Counted from the stretch's first letter, positions 38,877 to 51,980 are shown. The stretch: DNA of 64,000 nucleotides from Cyanophora paradoxa CCMP329 (GCA_004431415.1 QPMI01000474.1:62001-126000); one strand, 5' to 3'. The notes: a model not told the origin generated them from the sequence alone. Program-made: numbers and translations.

Positions 38877-39470
38877 GGCCCTGCCGCCGCCCCGGCGCCC
38901 CGCCCCATGCCATTCCCTTGCTGCTCTTCTTGATGCCCATGGCCACTAGTAGTGTCTGCATTCGGATTCTATTTAATCATGATCACTCAGTGCCCGGGGC
39001 CCGCTTATCATTGTACTTTTTCTGCCCGGCCATGGATAGAATATTAATCTATTATTTCGAAGCTTGTTTGTTCAGCTTAATCAACAGCTCGAACTTTTTC
39101 ACGTCGGATCTTTTCACAGATCTAGAGTGATTGTTTTCCAGTAGTACTAGTGTCATAGTATTTCCACAATTCCACAGTTCTCATAGTATTTATTCCAGTT
39201 ATATTCCTTCTGCCTCGGCCGACGCGTCTGTCTCGAAGTAGTTGTATTTTCCTTGCTCGTGATCATGATCATTTAAACTCGATTGATGACTAAGTGATGG
39301 TAATTCACCAAAAAAAAGGCCCAGTGGCCTCGAAAAAGCGCAGGATATTCTTGATTTCTAATTACCAGGTACCTGGTAATCTACGTAAGCGCACGTGATT
39401 GAACCCCTACCCCAGTCCCTCGAGCTCGCAGCCCCCGCTGCTACGGCCATGGGATCCGATGATCATTCGA

Positions 39471-41902
39471 TCACCAGTGCAAGGGGGAGGAGCACTCGCG
39501 CCCCGCGAACATGTCGCCGATGGCGCCCGCCGCCTCCAGGCCCTCGCGCCCCGCGTGCATGGCCGGCGGGCCGCACAGCTCGACCCCCACGGCGACCCCG
39601 GGCCCCAGGCGCGCCTGCAGGATCTGCGCGCCGTCGGGCGGGGCGGGGCGGGGCGCGCAGCTTCGGGCCCGCTCGCACGGACCTGGTAGGGCGCGAGGGG
39701 CGGGGCGTGCGGGGAGTAGGACCGGATGCGGAGGCGGCGGAGGGCGGGAGGGCGGCGACCGCCTCGGCCTCCTCGGCCTCCAGCGCCCGCCCGAGGTGGA
39801 GCCCGAGCTCCGTGAGCGCCCGCCGCGCCCCGGCGCTGGCGAGGACGGCGACGACGTCGGCCGCCCCGAAGAGGGCGTGCGCGTCATCCTCGCCGGGCCC
39901 GAAGGTGATGTCTGCGCGCGCGGGCGGTGGCGGGCGGGGGCGGGAGGGGGGCCCTTTGGGAGGGCCGGCCGTGCGGGGGCACCGGTGAAGTCCAGCTTGA
40001 GGGTCGCGAGGCGGGTTAGGCCCGAGAGGGCCTCTCCCAGGGTCCGCGCCGCGCCGGGCGCGTACGGGCGGAACGAGAGCTCGAGGTCCACGAGGGCGCG
40101 CCGCGCGCCGGGGCTCTCGAGGACGGCCACCGCCCCCTCCGACGTCGCCTCGTCGAAGCAGCCTGCGCGGCGTCGGCGTCGGCTGCGGCGCGCTAGCTCA
40201 GCGGCCGCCGCCGGCTGCGCACCCGGGGAGACGGCGAAGACGTCCCACTTGAGGCGCAGGGCCTCGAGGCGGGGCAGGGCGGCGAGGGCCGCCGCGAGGG
40301 CGCGCGCGACGCCCAGCGTCCTCTCGTCGTCCTCGTAGCCCGCGGAGACGAGCAGGGACGCCTCCCGCAGCGCCGCCGCCCCCCGCAGCGCCAGCACCGC
40401 TCCCCCCTCCACCTCGTTATCTGATATCTGCCGCCGAGCCGAAGCTGAGGTGGTCTGGGGAGGGCGCAGGCGAGTGGGCGAAGGGGGGCGGCGCCTGGAG
40501 CGTGTGGAAGGACTCGAGACGAGGCATGCGGGCGAGGGCGAGGAATGTCGCCTCGTCCGCCCGCACGGACACGCCGTGCCCGTCCGCCGCCGCCAGCTCC
40601 CCGCCGCCCGCCAGCTCCGCCTCGCCCTCCCTGAGCCGGGCCCTCAGCGGGGTACGCCAAGCCAAGCGAGATGAGCTGATTGCGAGCACGTGAGTAGGGC
40701 GCTGTTCTGGACGAGGGCGATGCTCCGGAGGCTCCGGCCGGCGGCGCCGTCGGCGAGCGCCGCGAAGCCTCCCCGCGGCTCGAAGCAGCCGCCGGGGCCG
40801 ATCGGGAACTGCAGCGCGAGCCGCTCGAGGTGGGCCAGTCGGGCGAGCTCGGCCAGGACGCCGTCCGCCGCCTCGCGCGAGCGGCGCAGGCTGACGGCGA
40901 CGCTGCGGAGGAGCGGGCAGGCGCCGGCGACGGCGGCGGCCGCCTCCGGGCTGAGCGCCATGAGGGGCTCGTCGAAGGCGAGGGTCAGCGAGCGCAGGCC
41001 GCCGAGGGGCCCCAGCGCCTCCCGCAGCTCGCCGGCGGGCGGCCAGGGCGCGCGGCCGGCGGGGAACTCCTCGTAGAGGTCTGCGAGCTCGTCGTCCGTG
41101 CCGCCGAACTCGTGGCCCCAGCGGAAGCCGACCCGCAGGCTCTCCAGGCTCGGGAGGCTCCGGCCGAGCGTTCTCAGCAGGTGGAGCAGGTGGATGCGGA
41201 ACGAGGCGCCCTCCGCCTGGCCCCCCAGGTCGCCAGTCGGCTGCTCGAGCCCGCCCCCCTCGCCTCGCCCGTCCCCGAGGAACTCGAAGCTCACGGCCGC
41301 CGGGCGCGCCCGGCCGCAGATGGCCAAAAGGAGCGTGAACGCCGCCGCGTCCTTGAGCACGTTGCGCCCCGCCGCCTCTTCCGAGCCCTCCTGCGAGAGC
41401 CGCAGGCGGAGGCTGACGCTGGCGCCCGCGCCGAGCCGCAGCTTCCTCTTCAGAAACAGGAACGGGAGCTTTGCGGCCCAGCTCGTGTGCCGGTCGTCCA
41501 CGTCCAAGCCGTTCGCGTAGAGGGACATCGCGCCGTCCAGCTCGTCGTGGCTGCAGGAGCAGCTTTCCACGAAGGCCTCGCCCGCGTCCAGTTCGAAGCT
41601 CTCCCACTCTGTCTCCTCGATCACGCGCCGCCACCGCCTGCCGCCCACCGCACTCTTAGAGCGCAGCTGCAGCGGGCCGGGCGCGGCGGGACGAAAGAAC
41701 GCGGATCGGACCTGCACACGCCGCGCAACGTCCAGCTCGCCCGCAGCCCGAGTTCTTCGAACACGCAGCTCATCACCGCGTCTGGAAGCGCATCGAACGG
41801 AGCCGCCCCCTTTAGAGCTCGAGGCTCGGCTGGCGCTGGCGCTTCGACGCGCGCTCGCTTCTCCGCGCGCTCTCCCGACGAGCTCCCAGCGTCAGCCGAC
41901 AT
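39471..41902 (-). CDS. F-box / LRR (RNI-like) protein, multi-exon
   Basis: FDALPDAVMSCVFEELGLRASWTLRGVCR/RWRR; LRR-like LPSLESL, LRSLTL, ACPLLRSV, LPRLEALRL. Confidence 0.8.
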
Positions 41903-42763
41903 CGCCCAGTACTAGTGCTCACACTTGAGATCCCCGAAGGCCTGCAGCTCGAGCTCAACGCGTACGAGTCAGTCGAGCTCGAGCGCCATGTCATACGCCG
42001 CGCCGCGCGCGCATGCACATGCCGGCACCCTGGCTATGACCGGGGCACTCGCACCTCGAGCTCGCAGTCCGCCGCCGCAGCCGGCGAGCGCGCGCAGGTG
42101 ATCGGCGGGGATGCGTGTCGTACCCCGGCCGCGCCGCGCCGGGAGCCACTGGGGCCACAGCCTTAACGCGCTTGCGCATGCGCGTGCTGTTAACGTTCAA
42201 CGGTTGCGCTGATCATGATAATGACTAGTGCTCATGATCATGATCAAGTGCCGCCCTAGGCCTCACCACAGCCGTATACTGCAGTTCGCTGTTGCACTGT
42301 TCAATTGCAACTTGCACATGTACAGTTCGCTGCTGCGCAATTAATATTAATCATTGAATATTGCAAGAGTGCCGCCGTCGACCGTCGACGTCGACGTCGG
42401 GGAGGCGCACTGGCGCAGGCGTCGAGTCGTACCCCAGCCCCCAGCTCGGGGGGAGGGGGCCCTCAGGGGGGGTGTGCGCTGCGGGCCTGCGGCCCAAAAA
42501 CCAATTGCAAATTTGCAATTGCAAGGTGGGCGGATCCACTGCCGGGCCAGTGGACGTGCCGGCGCCGCATGGCCACTGGCCAGTGGAAGCTGCTCCGGTA
42601 GGGTACATAGTAAGATCATTGAAGGGGCTGCAATTAATTGCGCAACTTGCCTGCACGCTGCAGCTAGCGCTGGCAGCTGCAAATTCCCTGCAATCGCATC
42701 TGACTCAGTGACGCATCACCAGATTCGCATGCGCAAGCCTGGCAAGGCCGCGCGCCACGCGTA

Positions 42764-43025
42764 CCGTGTGGCACTATAATACCGCGCCCACTTAATTACC
42801 GCGGTACCAAATTACCGCGTCGAGAATTTGTTAAAACGCGGTAATTTGGTCCCGCGGTAATTCGCTTCCGTGAAGTTACCCCATACAGTACCCCCCCGAA
42901 TACCCGCCCCATACAAGCCTCTAGTTTTTTAAAACGCGGTAATTTGGTACCGCGGTATTTTGGCCACCCTCGTGCCGGAGTTTCTAACGCGGTAATTTAT
43001 GCCGCGGTAATTTAGTGCCACACGG
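42764..43025. mobile_element. MITE, Tc1/mariner-pogo type (family B)
   Basis: TA-CCGTGTGGCACTA...TAGTGCCACACGG-TA; internal TACCGCG/CGCGGTA repeats. Confidence 0.9.
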
Positions 43026-43132
43026 TACTACGGTATACGTACCGTGCGGCGTACGTACGAGCCTCGGAGGCCGCTGCAGCTGCAAGGCTGTGCAAGCCTG
43101 CAAGTTGCTGCAAGTACTACGGTAGCCTGCAA

Positions 43133-43668
43133 CAGTGTTTGTGAAAGTTTACTCCCCGCCGGCACCCTGAAAGCTTTCATGAAAGCTTTCTGAAAGCTTT
43201 CTGAAAGGATTGCTCCCGGAGTCCCATACAAGGAAACCTTGCCCAGCGAAACCGGAAATATTTGTTTCCAGCAAGCGTCCAAACACAAGTCTATGCTTTC
43301 CAATGCCATCTCCAACTGCAATCTTAAAGCCCGCATGGCCCTCGTGTGCTCCTGAGCTCCTTTCAGCCAAGTTTCAGTGGAAGAGGGGGTACAGCTCCGG
43401 AGGCTGCCACCTTCCCCAGCGGCCCCCGCCCTTCCACAACGTCATGCAACCGTTTGCCCCGTGTGGCATTATGCTTTGTTGCACTCTAGCTTGCTCAAAT
43501 CCGTCGTTTTCCGCATGAAACTCCGTCGGAAGGCCTGCTGTAGGGTACCCCCCCGTTGCAACGAAACTGAAAGCTTTCACCTGCGTTTTTAGGGCATGAA
43601 AGCTTTCAGAAAGCTTTCTAGAAAGCTTTCAAAATGAAAGCTTGCCACTGAAAGTATATCAAACACTG
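43133..43668. mobile_element. hAT-type MITE
   Basis: TIR CAGTGTTTG...CAAACACTG; perfect 8-bp TSD GCCTGCAA (43125-43132 and 43669-43676); subterminal GAAAGCTTTC palindromes at both ends. Confidence 0.92.
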
Positions 43669-44769
43669 GCCTGCAACTGTACATGTACATGTGGCAATTG
43701 CAACTGTAGGCTAGTAGCTATAGGGCAATTGCCAGGCTTGCTCGCCGTAAGCGTCGACTCGGCGTCGGCTGAAGCCTTGACACTACTAGGCTAACAACCC
43801 GCGCTGCTGGGCCGGGCCGCGGCCGCTGAACTCAGCGACCTGAAGTCGTCGACGTCAGCAATCTGCGCAGGCTGCTATGACGCGTACGAGACTTGCAGCG
43901 CATTCATGTGCTGCACGCGCAGCAGCAGCTGGTCATGATCATATGCATGGCCTCAACATTAATCTGCTAGGCCTAGGCATTCTCCTTGTGGTCGTGCACG
44001 CGGCATTGCATACACATATGCATGCATGTGGAGCAGAGGCGCTTGTACATCAAGCTTCCGAATCCTCGAAGACCTCGCCCTCGAGCTCGACACGTGCGTG
44101 CGATCCGTTAACATTCATGATCAACCGGTTGCTCGCACACCACGACCTGATCATGAATGCGTATACGCGTGATCATGAGCAGGTCGTCTCGCAAGCGTTA
44201 TTGCAGATCCTGCCGTGCAAACTTGCAGTGCGTCACGCGTACGGCGCGCAAATGCATATACCTCGAGCTCCCATGGCCACTGCGCCCAGTCCAAGCCTTT
44301 TATCTAATATCTGTATCTAATCTTAATAAGCGTACGTACGTATACAATTGCAATTAAAAAGGGGCCTACTAGCTATAGGCTAGCTATAGGTCGGCACACC
44401 CGCCGCCAGTTCTATACTATGAAAGCTACCTAAGAGGATTGCTATAGCTATAGCTGTAAAGCTATAGCTAGATATAACTAGCGCTCATTAACTCCTTTAA
44501 CCTCTCGGGGGCGAGCCCTCTCATCTCGGCGCCGCCGCCGCCCCGCATGCGCAGCCGGCCCCAGCTACCATAAATATTAATCTTCATAAGCTTTCCGCTC
44601 ATGATCATGATCATGAGCATGTCTCCAACTCTGGTGCAGGCGCGCACTTCGGGGGTGGCGAGAGCTACATCACCCTGCCCTCTTTGCACCTTGGCAATCC
44701 GATGTCCTTTGAGTTCTGGTGCGCGTTTCCCTGCTCAGTTCTGGAAACGCGCTTGTGAAGCCCAACGGA

Positions 44770-46118
44770 CTGAAATTGGGATCAGGATCAAGCTCGGTCA
44801 GCGGCAGCAGGACTGGACGCGCGTCTTCGACTTCTCGAACGGCGGGTCATATCGCGGGAATGTGGTGCGTCGGCTTTTGAACAGTCCCTGCAGCTGGCGA
44901 CGTCGATGGCGATACTGATTTCGCTGCCCGCCTCCCCTCTGGCCGATCGGCGCAGCTCATTGTTCTCCGCGCGGTGAGCGCGCAGCTAGCACGCATGCGC
45001 AGCTCCGCAGCTGCCGCCGTGGCTGCAGCATCTCCCGTCCGCAAGCGCCTGATCATGATCATGATGCACGTCGCTGACAGGACGCCGTCATCTCGAATGC
45101 TCCGAGCCCTGACCACCTCTTCCTGATGGTTATGGATCGAGCTCGAACAAATGACCCAGTACCCCCGGTTTGCACGTTACTCTTTCTGTGGACCGACTGC
45201 GGCGCCGGCCGCGGGCCGGGTCGGGCGGGGCCCATATTAAAAGCACCCTTAAGCCTGTACATGTGCACGAGATATAGCCGCTGAGCTCTTGAACGGTCCC
45301 ATGCCACTGATCGCCATCGGCCCGACTCCGCGTCCACAGGAATCACCGGAGGAGGACCAGGTCCATCTGTACTCGGCGTCCAGCACAGACACTGGTCAGA
45401 TCGAGGTACGCACGTGCACTTGCAAGAAGCGCGCTTGCCTGCAAGCGTGCAATTTCAATTGGATCACCGCTGCGTGCACGCAGGTAGGGCGGTGGTACCA
45501 CGCGGTGACTGTGCTTGGGGCGGCCGGTGACCTGCACTTCTACCTGACGGACAGCGTGACGGGCACCCACGTCCACATCACCGACGGGACGCGCACCTCC
45601 GGCCCGCAGGGGCAGAACGTGACCATTCTGCCGAGCGGGCCACGCAGCGATAATTACATCGGCAGAGTTGCAACACCGGTGCGCGCTTAAGTTTGCAAGA
45701 GACGCGCACTTCCGATGCTCGCGATCGTGGATTGCTTCGAGCGCTAGCAATCTAGCTCGGTTTAAAGTATAGGTTCGATCAGAATGCCGGCGCCCGACTG
45801 AGCGCAAACATACGTGCAGGACCCCAAGCTGTACACGCCGACGAACATGCAGCTGTCCGGTGCGTCCGCCTGTAAACATCTCATTTAAACAAATTTAGAG
45901 CCTTTGAGCTATATTCTCAAGTTCGCCTGCACGTTCGACATGAGGACGCGCCTGGGGTCGCAACCGCAAATGCATCTATACATGCACATGCTGACTTCGA
46001 AACCGCGGCCGGCCGCGGGCGCGTGCAGGCTTTCGGGTGTGGCCGGCGGCGCTTTCGGCGAGCGAGGTGCAGACGCTGGCGGCGGGTGGAGACATTGGGC
46101 GGCAGCCGCTCGTGCACC
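44770..46118 (+). pseudogene. LamG/concanavalin-A-like domain host gene, interrupted by the viral insertion (5' end not resolved)
   Basis: WTRVFDFSNG, VGRWYHAVTV, RSDNYIGR, FRVWPAALSASEVQTL; the frame runs straight into AT-rich DNA after QPLVHL. Confidence 0.75.
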
Positions 46119-46405
46119 TCACACATAGTAAAATGCGGAGTTTTAACCCTCGGCTTATCTTAATTGATTTTGTTGATATATCTCGTATATTCTATTTCAA
46201 TCAATCGATAATCTGTGTATATCTTATCGAATATTCATTTATTTCGATTATTTTGTATTCTTTTCGATATTTTATCGTAAATTTCTCTTATTTTCCGATT
46301 AGTCTTACTGAGTCTATCGATAATCTGTATATATTTCCGAATAATATAACTGAATCTCAATTAGATCTTGCCTCTGGTTAAAACTCCGCATTTTACTATG
46401 TGTGA
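46119..46405. repeat. Terminal 30-bp perfect inverted repeat enclosing a T-rich spacer
   Basis: TCACACATAGTAAAATGCGGAGTTTTAACC (46119-46148) and its reverse complement at 46376-46405. Confidence 0.95.
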
Positions 46406-46655
46406 TTGGTCTAAAAGGTAATTGATTTAATCGATATTATATTCATGTACTTTCTCGATTAAATTTAATTAAATTTAATTCATTTAATCGGAAATATATC
46501 GCTAAACTCGATTAAGATCCATAAAAGATTCATTTGTTAAATAAAACAAATCGATCTCTTATTGAATTCAATCGTAATTATACATGAAATTGATATGTTA
46601 TTATCATGTTTTAATGATTCTAAGGGGGGACCCTTAGGATTTTTGAAATAATTGG

Positions 46656-47040
46656 GTGTGACAGGTGTGACAGGTCTATCCCAAACTTTTGATAGTTCAT
46701 TTTTATGTTATAGAAAAGTTTGGGATAGACCTGTCACACCTGTCACACAAACCATATTCAGTAAGGATCTCTTTTAATGTTAAAATTTCAGTGTTAGTTG
46801 GTGTAGTTGATTCACAAAATGCATCCTGTCACACCTGTCACACAAACCATATTCAGTAAGGATCTCTTTTATAATGAAAAACTCAGTAACAATAAGTAAG
46901 AAGTTTATCTATGTAATTCTACTTGAATAAACAAATGAAATAATCGAGTGTGACAGGTGTGACAGGTCCATCCCAAACTTTTGAGAGTTCATTTTTATGC
47001 TATAGAAAAGTTTGGGATAGACCTGTCACACCTGTCACAC
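46656..47040. repeat. Two 35-bp-stem hairpins built from 10-bp GTGTGACAG(G) iterons (copied at ~49582-49965)
   Basis: GTGTGACAGGTGTGACAGGTCTATCCCAAACTTTT at 46656-46690 pairs with 46714-46748; second hairpin 46948-47040; a half copy lies between them. Confidence 0.95.
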
Positions 47041-47593
47041 AAACCATATTCAGTAAGGACCTCATATATTGGTAAAATCTCAGTGTTAGTTGGTGTAGTT
47101 GATTCAAAAAATGCATTTATACTCTGATTCATTGTTATTTCCTGTGAAATTTGAGTCAACTCAACCCACTTAGTCAACCCTTGCATTGAATTCGTAACAA
47201 AATCCATATACTTTTACTACTTTTACGATTAATATGAGTCAACCTTGAGTCCACTTAAATATAAATATAATATAATAGGGGGAATCAAGGGGAGATGCTT
47301 ATAAACATATGAGTTATTGAGCCTATGATACTTACATAGTCACGCTGGTCTCGGTAAGAGGATTCCGAATCTGTTTTTATCTTTGTGAGATGATGAGTTG
47401 GTGAAGAGATACATGCGTTTTAGTGTTTTGTATCGGATTTCATGTTATGACGTCATAATGACGATGCATATGTATATGATATATATGATATACCACGTGA
47501 CTCGGGAGATCATGACGATCACGGCGATGCAGTCAGTGTGATGTTATGATGCATCATGTAATGACTCATTCAATGACTCATTAAATGACGCAA

Positions 47594-47720
47594 TTTGGTG
47601 TATCCCCGTTTTCATGAGCCATTAAATAACTTATTTTATGATGAAATTTGGTGTATCCCTGTTTTCATGAGCCATTAAATGACTCATTTTATGATGAAAT
47701 TTGGTGTATCCCTGTTTTTA
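47594..47720 (+). repeat. 53-bp tandem repeat, about 2.4 copies (copied at ~50519)
   Basis: TTTGGTGTATCCC starts at 47594, 47647 and 47700. Confidence 0.9.
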
Positions 47721-47959
47721 TGATTTATTACATCACTAATGATGAGGTATTTATCACAGTCGAAGTTTCGCCGAAGTTTCGGTATTTCGCTGTCGGCATC
47801 TTCAAACGCTTGTATCTCATCACCAGATCATCGAAACGCAACGTTCTGCATAGCGCTGTGAAGCGCTTGATAAGATCTACAAGACTATGTGTATATCATG
47901 TGCATATATGTATATCAGTCATACATATATTTGGAAAAAACGAGTTTTTGCCTAGCAAA

Positions 47960-49055
47960 CTAGCTAGTTTTGGTCCTTTCTCTTAGTGTTCTCTGAGGTT
48001 TAGGGGCTGTATATGACTCCTTAGTAGTCTGAAAGTCATTATACCATCTCTGGCTATTAACCTCAGAAAGTTTCTGTGTCCCTGCTATAGTGAGCTTTTT
48101 GAGTTCCCTGTTAACTTTCCCAGCCTTCTCCTTTCTAGCCTCTATCAAAGGCTTATCTGGACTTCATTAGCAGCTTCTATGCCTTCTCTCCTTATAGCAG
48201 CATCAGCCCTGGCTTCCTCTTTAGCTTGCTCCAAGGCATCCACTGTAGGGGTTTCTAGATATTCAACTGCATTCACAGGCAACAGCTCATGGAAAGCAAA
48301 CCTGTTTTCTATGATCTCACCAGTGGGACTCCTTAGCTTAAACTTAAAGCCTTCCCTACTATCAACAGTGTAAACCATCCTAGACCAATTGTTACCCTGT
48401 TTAGCAAAGGGGTTCTTCTCAACTTTCACTCTAACAAACATGCCAGGCTGCATGGTATCAAGGTAAGCTATTGATTTCTTGAATCTTTCATCTTCTAATC
48501 CCACTATATACCTATAATGCTCCTCTGTAGTTTCGCCTGGCTTCATCTTAGTAGCTGAGTGAACTGTATTATTGTAATTATACTCAATATCACCTAACAC
48601 ATCAAAGAATCTAGCTGTGTTATTAGCTATGCAATAGTTTGTGATCAGTCTCTTAATCTGCTTGTTAAAGGCTTCAATTCGACCTTGGCTTCTGTGGTCT
48701 GCAGTTCCACTCACTTGGTGTTCTATGTATTTACTAGATAAATACTCCTGGAATATTCGATTTTGGAACTCACTCCCAGCATCTGATTGAACCTTTACTA
48801 TGGGTCTTGCTACTCTCATCTCAAGCTGTTTAAATGCAGCCAATGTAGTGAGAGCTGATTTATCCCTTATAGGTATGATATACCCAGTTCTCAGTGTAGA
48901 TTCCATTGCAGTCATAAAGGTATCATAGCCATTGTTTTGTTTCTTATAAGCTGGGAAAAAGAGCAAATCAATCACATAGGTATCAAGGGGTTGCCTAATT
49001 GGGACCATGGGATCTCTCTTCCTAGATATAGCAGGTGCATTGATCTGAACAACTT
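47960..49055 (-). pseudogene. 5'-truncated duplicate of the rve integrase
   Basis: Matches the 50885-51980 copy apart from single-base indels; cut at the duplication junction; DDE core intact from MVPIRQ. Confidence 0.9.
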
Positions 49056-49061
49056 AAAACT

Positions 49062-51980
49062 CGGAGTTTTAACCCTCGGCTTATCTTAATTGATTTTGTT
49101 GATATATCTCGTATATTCTATTTCAATCAATCGATAATCTGTGTATATCTTATCGAATATTCATTTATTTCGATTATTTTGTATTCTTTTCGATATTTTA
49201 TCGTAAATTTCTCTTATTTTCCGATTAGTCTTACTGAGTCTATCGATAATCTGTATATATTTCCGAATAATATAACTGAATCTCAATTAGATCTTGCCTC
49301 TGGTTAAAACTCCGCATTTTACTATGTGTGATTGGTCTAAAAGGTAATTGATTTAATCGATATTATATTCATGTACTTTCTCGATTAAATTTAATTAAAT
49401 TTAATTCATTTAATCGGAAATATATCGCTAAACTCGATTAAGATCCATAAAAGATTCATTTGTTAAATAAAACAAATCGATCTCTTATTGAATTCAATCG
49501 TAATTATACATGAAATTGATATGTTATTATCATGTTTTAATGATTCTAAGGGGGGACCCTTAGGATTTTTGAAATAATTGGGTGTGACAGGTGTGACAGG
49601 TCTATCCCAAACTTTTGATAGTTCATTTTATGTTATAGAAAAGTTTGGGATAGACCTGTCACACCTGTCACACAAACCATATTCAGTAAGGATCTCTTTT
49701 AATGTTAAAATTTCAGTGTTAGTTGGTGTAGTTGATTCACAAAATGCATCCTGTCACACCTGTCACACAAACCATATTCAGTAAGGATCTCTTTTATAAT
49801 GAAAAACTCAGTAACAATAAGTAAGAAGTTTATCTATGTAATTCTACTTGAATAAACAAATGAAATAATCGAGTGTGACAGGTGTGACAGGTCCATCCCA
49901 AACTTTTGAGAGTTCATTTTTATGCTATAGAAAAGTTTGGGATAGACCTGTCACACCTGTCACACAAACCATATTCAGTAAGGACCTCATATATTGGTAA
50001 AATCTCAGTGTTAGTTGGTGTAGTTGATTCAAAAAATGCATTTATACTCTGATTCATTGTTATTTCCTGTGAAATTTGAGTCAACTCAACCCACTTAGTC
50101 AACCCTTGCATTGAATTCGTAACAAAATCCATATACTTTTACTACTTTTACGATTAATATGAGTCAACCTTGAGTCCACTTAAATATAAATATAATATAA
50201 TAGGGGGAATCAAGGGGAGATGCTTATAAACATATGAGTTATTGAGCCTATGATACTTACATAGTCACGCTGGTCTCGGTAAGAGGATTCCGAATCTGTT
50301 TTTATCTTTGTGAGATGATGAGTTGGTGAAGAGATACATGCGTTTTAGTGTTTTGTATCGGATTTCATGTTATGACGTCATAATGACGATGCATATGTAT
50401 ATGATATATATGATATACCACGTGACTCGGGAGATCATGACGATCACGGCGATGCAGTCAGTGTGATGTTATGATGCATCATGTAATGACTCATTCAATG
50501 ACTCATTAAATGACGCAATTTGGTGTATCCCCGTTTTCATGAGCCATTAAATAACTTATTTTATGATGAAATTTGGTGTATCCCTGTTTTCATGAGCCAT
50601 TAAATGACTCATTTTATGATGAAATTTGGTGTATCCCTGTTTTTATGATTTATTACATCACTAATGATGAGGTATTTATCACAGTCGAAGTTTCGCCGAA
50701 GTTTCGGTATTTCGCTGTCGGCATCTTCAAACGCTTGTATCTCATCACCAGATCATCGAAACGCAACGTTCTGCATAGCGCTGTGAAGCGCTTGATAAGA
50801 TCTACAAGACTATGTGTATATCATGTGCATATATGTATATCAGTCATACATATATTTGGAAAAAACGAGTTTTTGCCTAGCAAACTAGCTAGTTTTGGTC
50901 CTTTCTCTTAGTGTTCTCTGAGGTTTAGGGGCTGTATATGACTCCTTAGTAGTCTGAAAGTCATTATACCATCTCTGGCTATTAACCTCAGAAAGTTTCT
51001 GTGTCCCTGCTATAGTGAGCTTTTTGAGTTCCCTGTTAACTTTCCCAGCCTTCTCCTTTCTAGCCTCTATCAAAGGCTTATCTGGGACTTCATTAGCAGC
51101 TTCTATGCCTTCTCTCCTTATAGCAGCATCAGCCCTGGCTTCCTCTTTAGCTTGCTCCAAGGCATCCACTGTAGGGGTTTCTAGATATTCAACTGCATTC
51201 ACAGGCAACAGCTCATGGAAAGCAAACCTGTTTTCTATGATCTCACCAGTGGGACTCCTTAGCTTAAACTTAAAGCCTTCCCTACTATCAACAGTGTAAA
51301 CCATCCTAGACCAATTGTTACCCTGTTTAGCAAAGGGTTCTTCTCAACTTTCACTCTAACAAACATGCCAGGCTGCATGGTATCAAGGTAAGCTATTGAT
51401 TTCTTGAATCTTTCATCTTCTAATCCCACTATATACCTATAATGCTCCTCTGTAGTTTCGCCTGGCTTCATCTTAGTAGCTGAGTGAACTGTATTATTGT
51501 AATTATACTCAATATCACCTAACACATCAAAGAATCTAGCTGTGTTATTAGCTATGCAATAGTTTGTGATCAGTCTCTTAATCTGCTTGTTAAAGGCTTC
51601 AATTCGACCTTGGCTTCTGTGGTCTGCAGTTCCACTCACTTGGTGTTCTATGTATTTACTAGATAAATACTCCTGGAATATTCGATTTTGGAACTCACTC
51701 CCAGCATCTGATTGAACCTTTACTATGGGTCTTGCTACTCTCATCTCAAGCTGTTTAAATGCAGCCAATGTAGTGAGAGCTGATTTATCCCTTATAGGTA
51801 TGATATACCCAGTTCTCAGTGTAGATTCCATTGCAGTCATAAAGGTATCATAGCCATTGTTTTGTTTCTTATAAGCTGGGAAAAAGAGCAAATCAATCAC
51901 ATAGGTATCAAGGGGTTGCCTAATTGGGACCATGGGATCTCTCTTCCTAGATATAGCAGGTGCATTGATCTGAACAACTT
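49062..51980 (+). repeat. Near-identical direct repeat of 46136-49055 (~2.92 kb)
   Basis: Identical ORFs offset by 2925 bp (46995/49920, 47648/50573). Confidence 0.97.

Noticed and set aside
1-42000. Hundreds of long overlapping Arg/Pro/Gly/Ala-rich ORFs in the six-frame track
   Set aside because: Expected from extreme GC content and stop-poor introns; the real genes are spliced and only partly overlap these frames.
46656-47720. Repeats in the viral left end as a CRISPR-like array
   Set aside because: They are inverted or tandem repeats without unique regular spacers, and no cas-like ORF is present.
46995-47986. Small ORFs in the viral left end (70 aa, 112 aa) and their duplicates
   Set aside because: They run through hairpins and tandem repeats and lack the shared promoter motif; probably non-coding terminal DNA.
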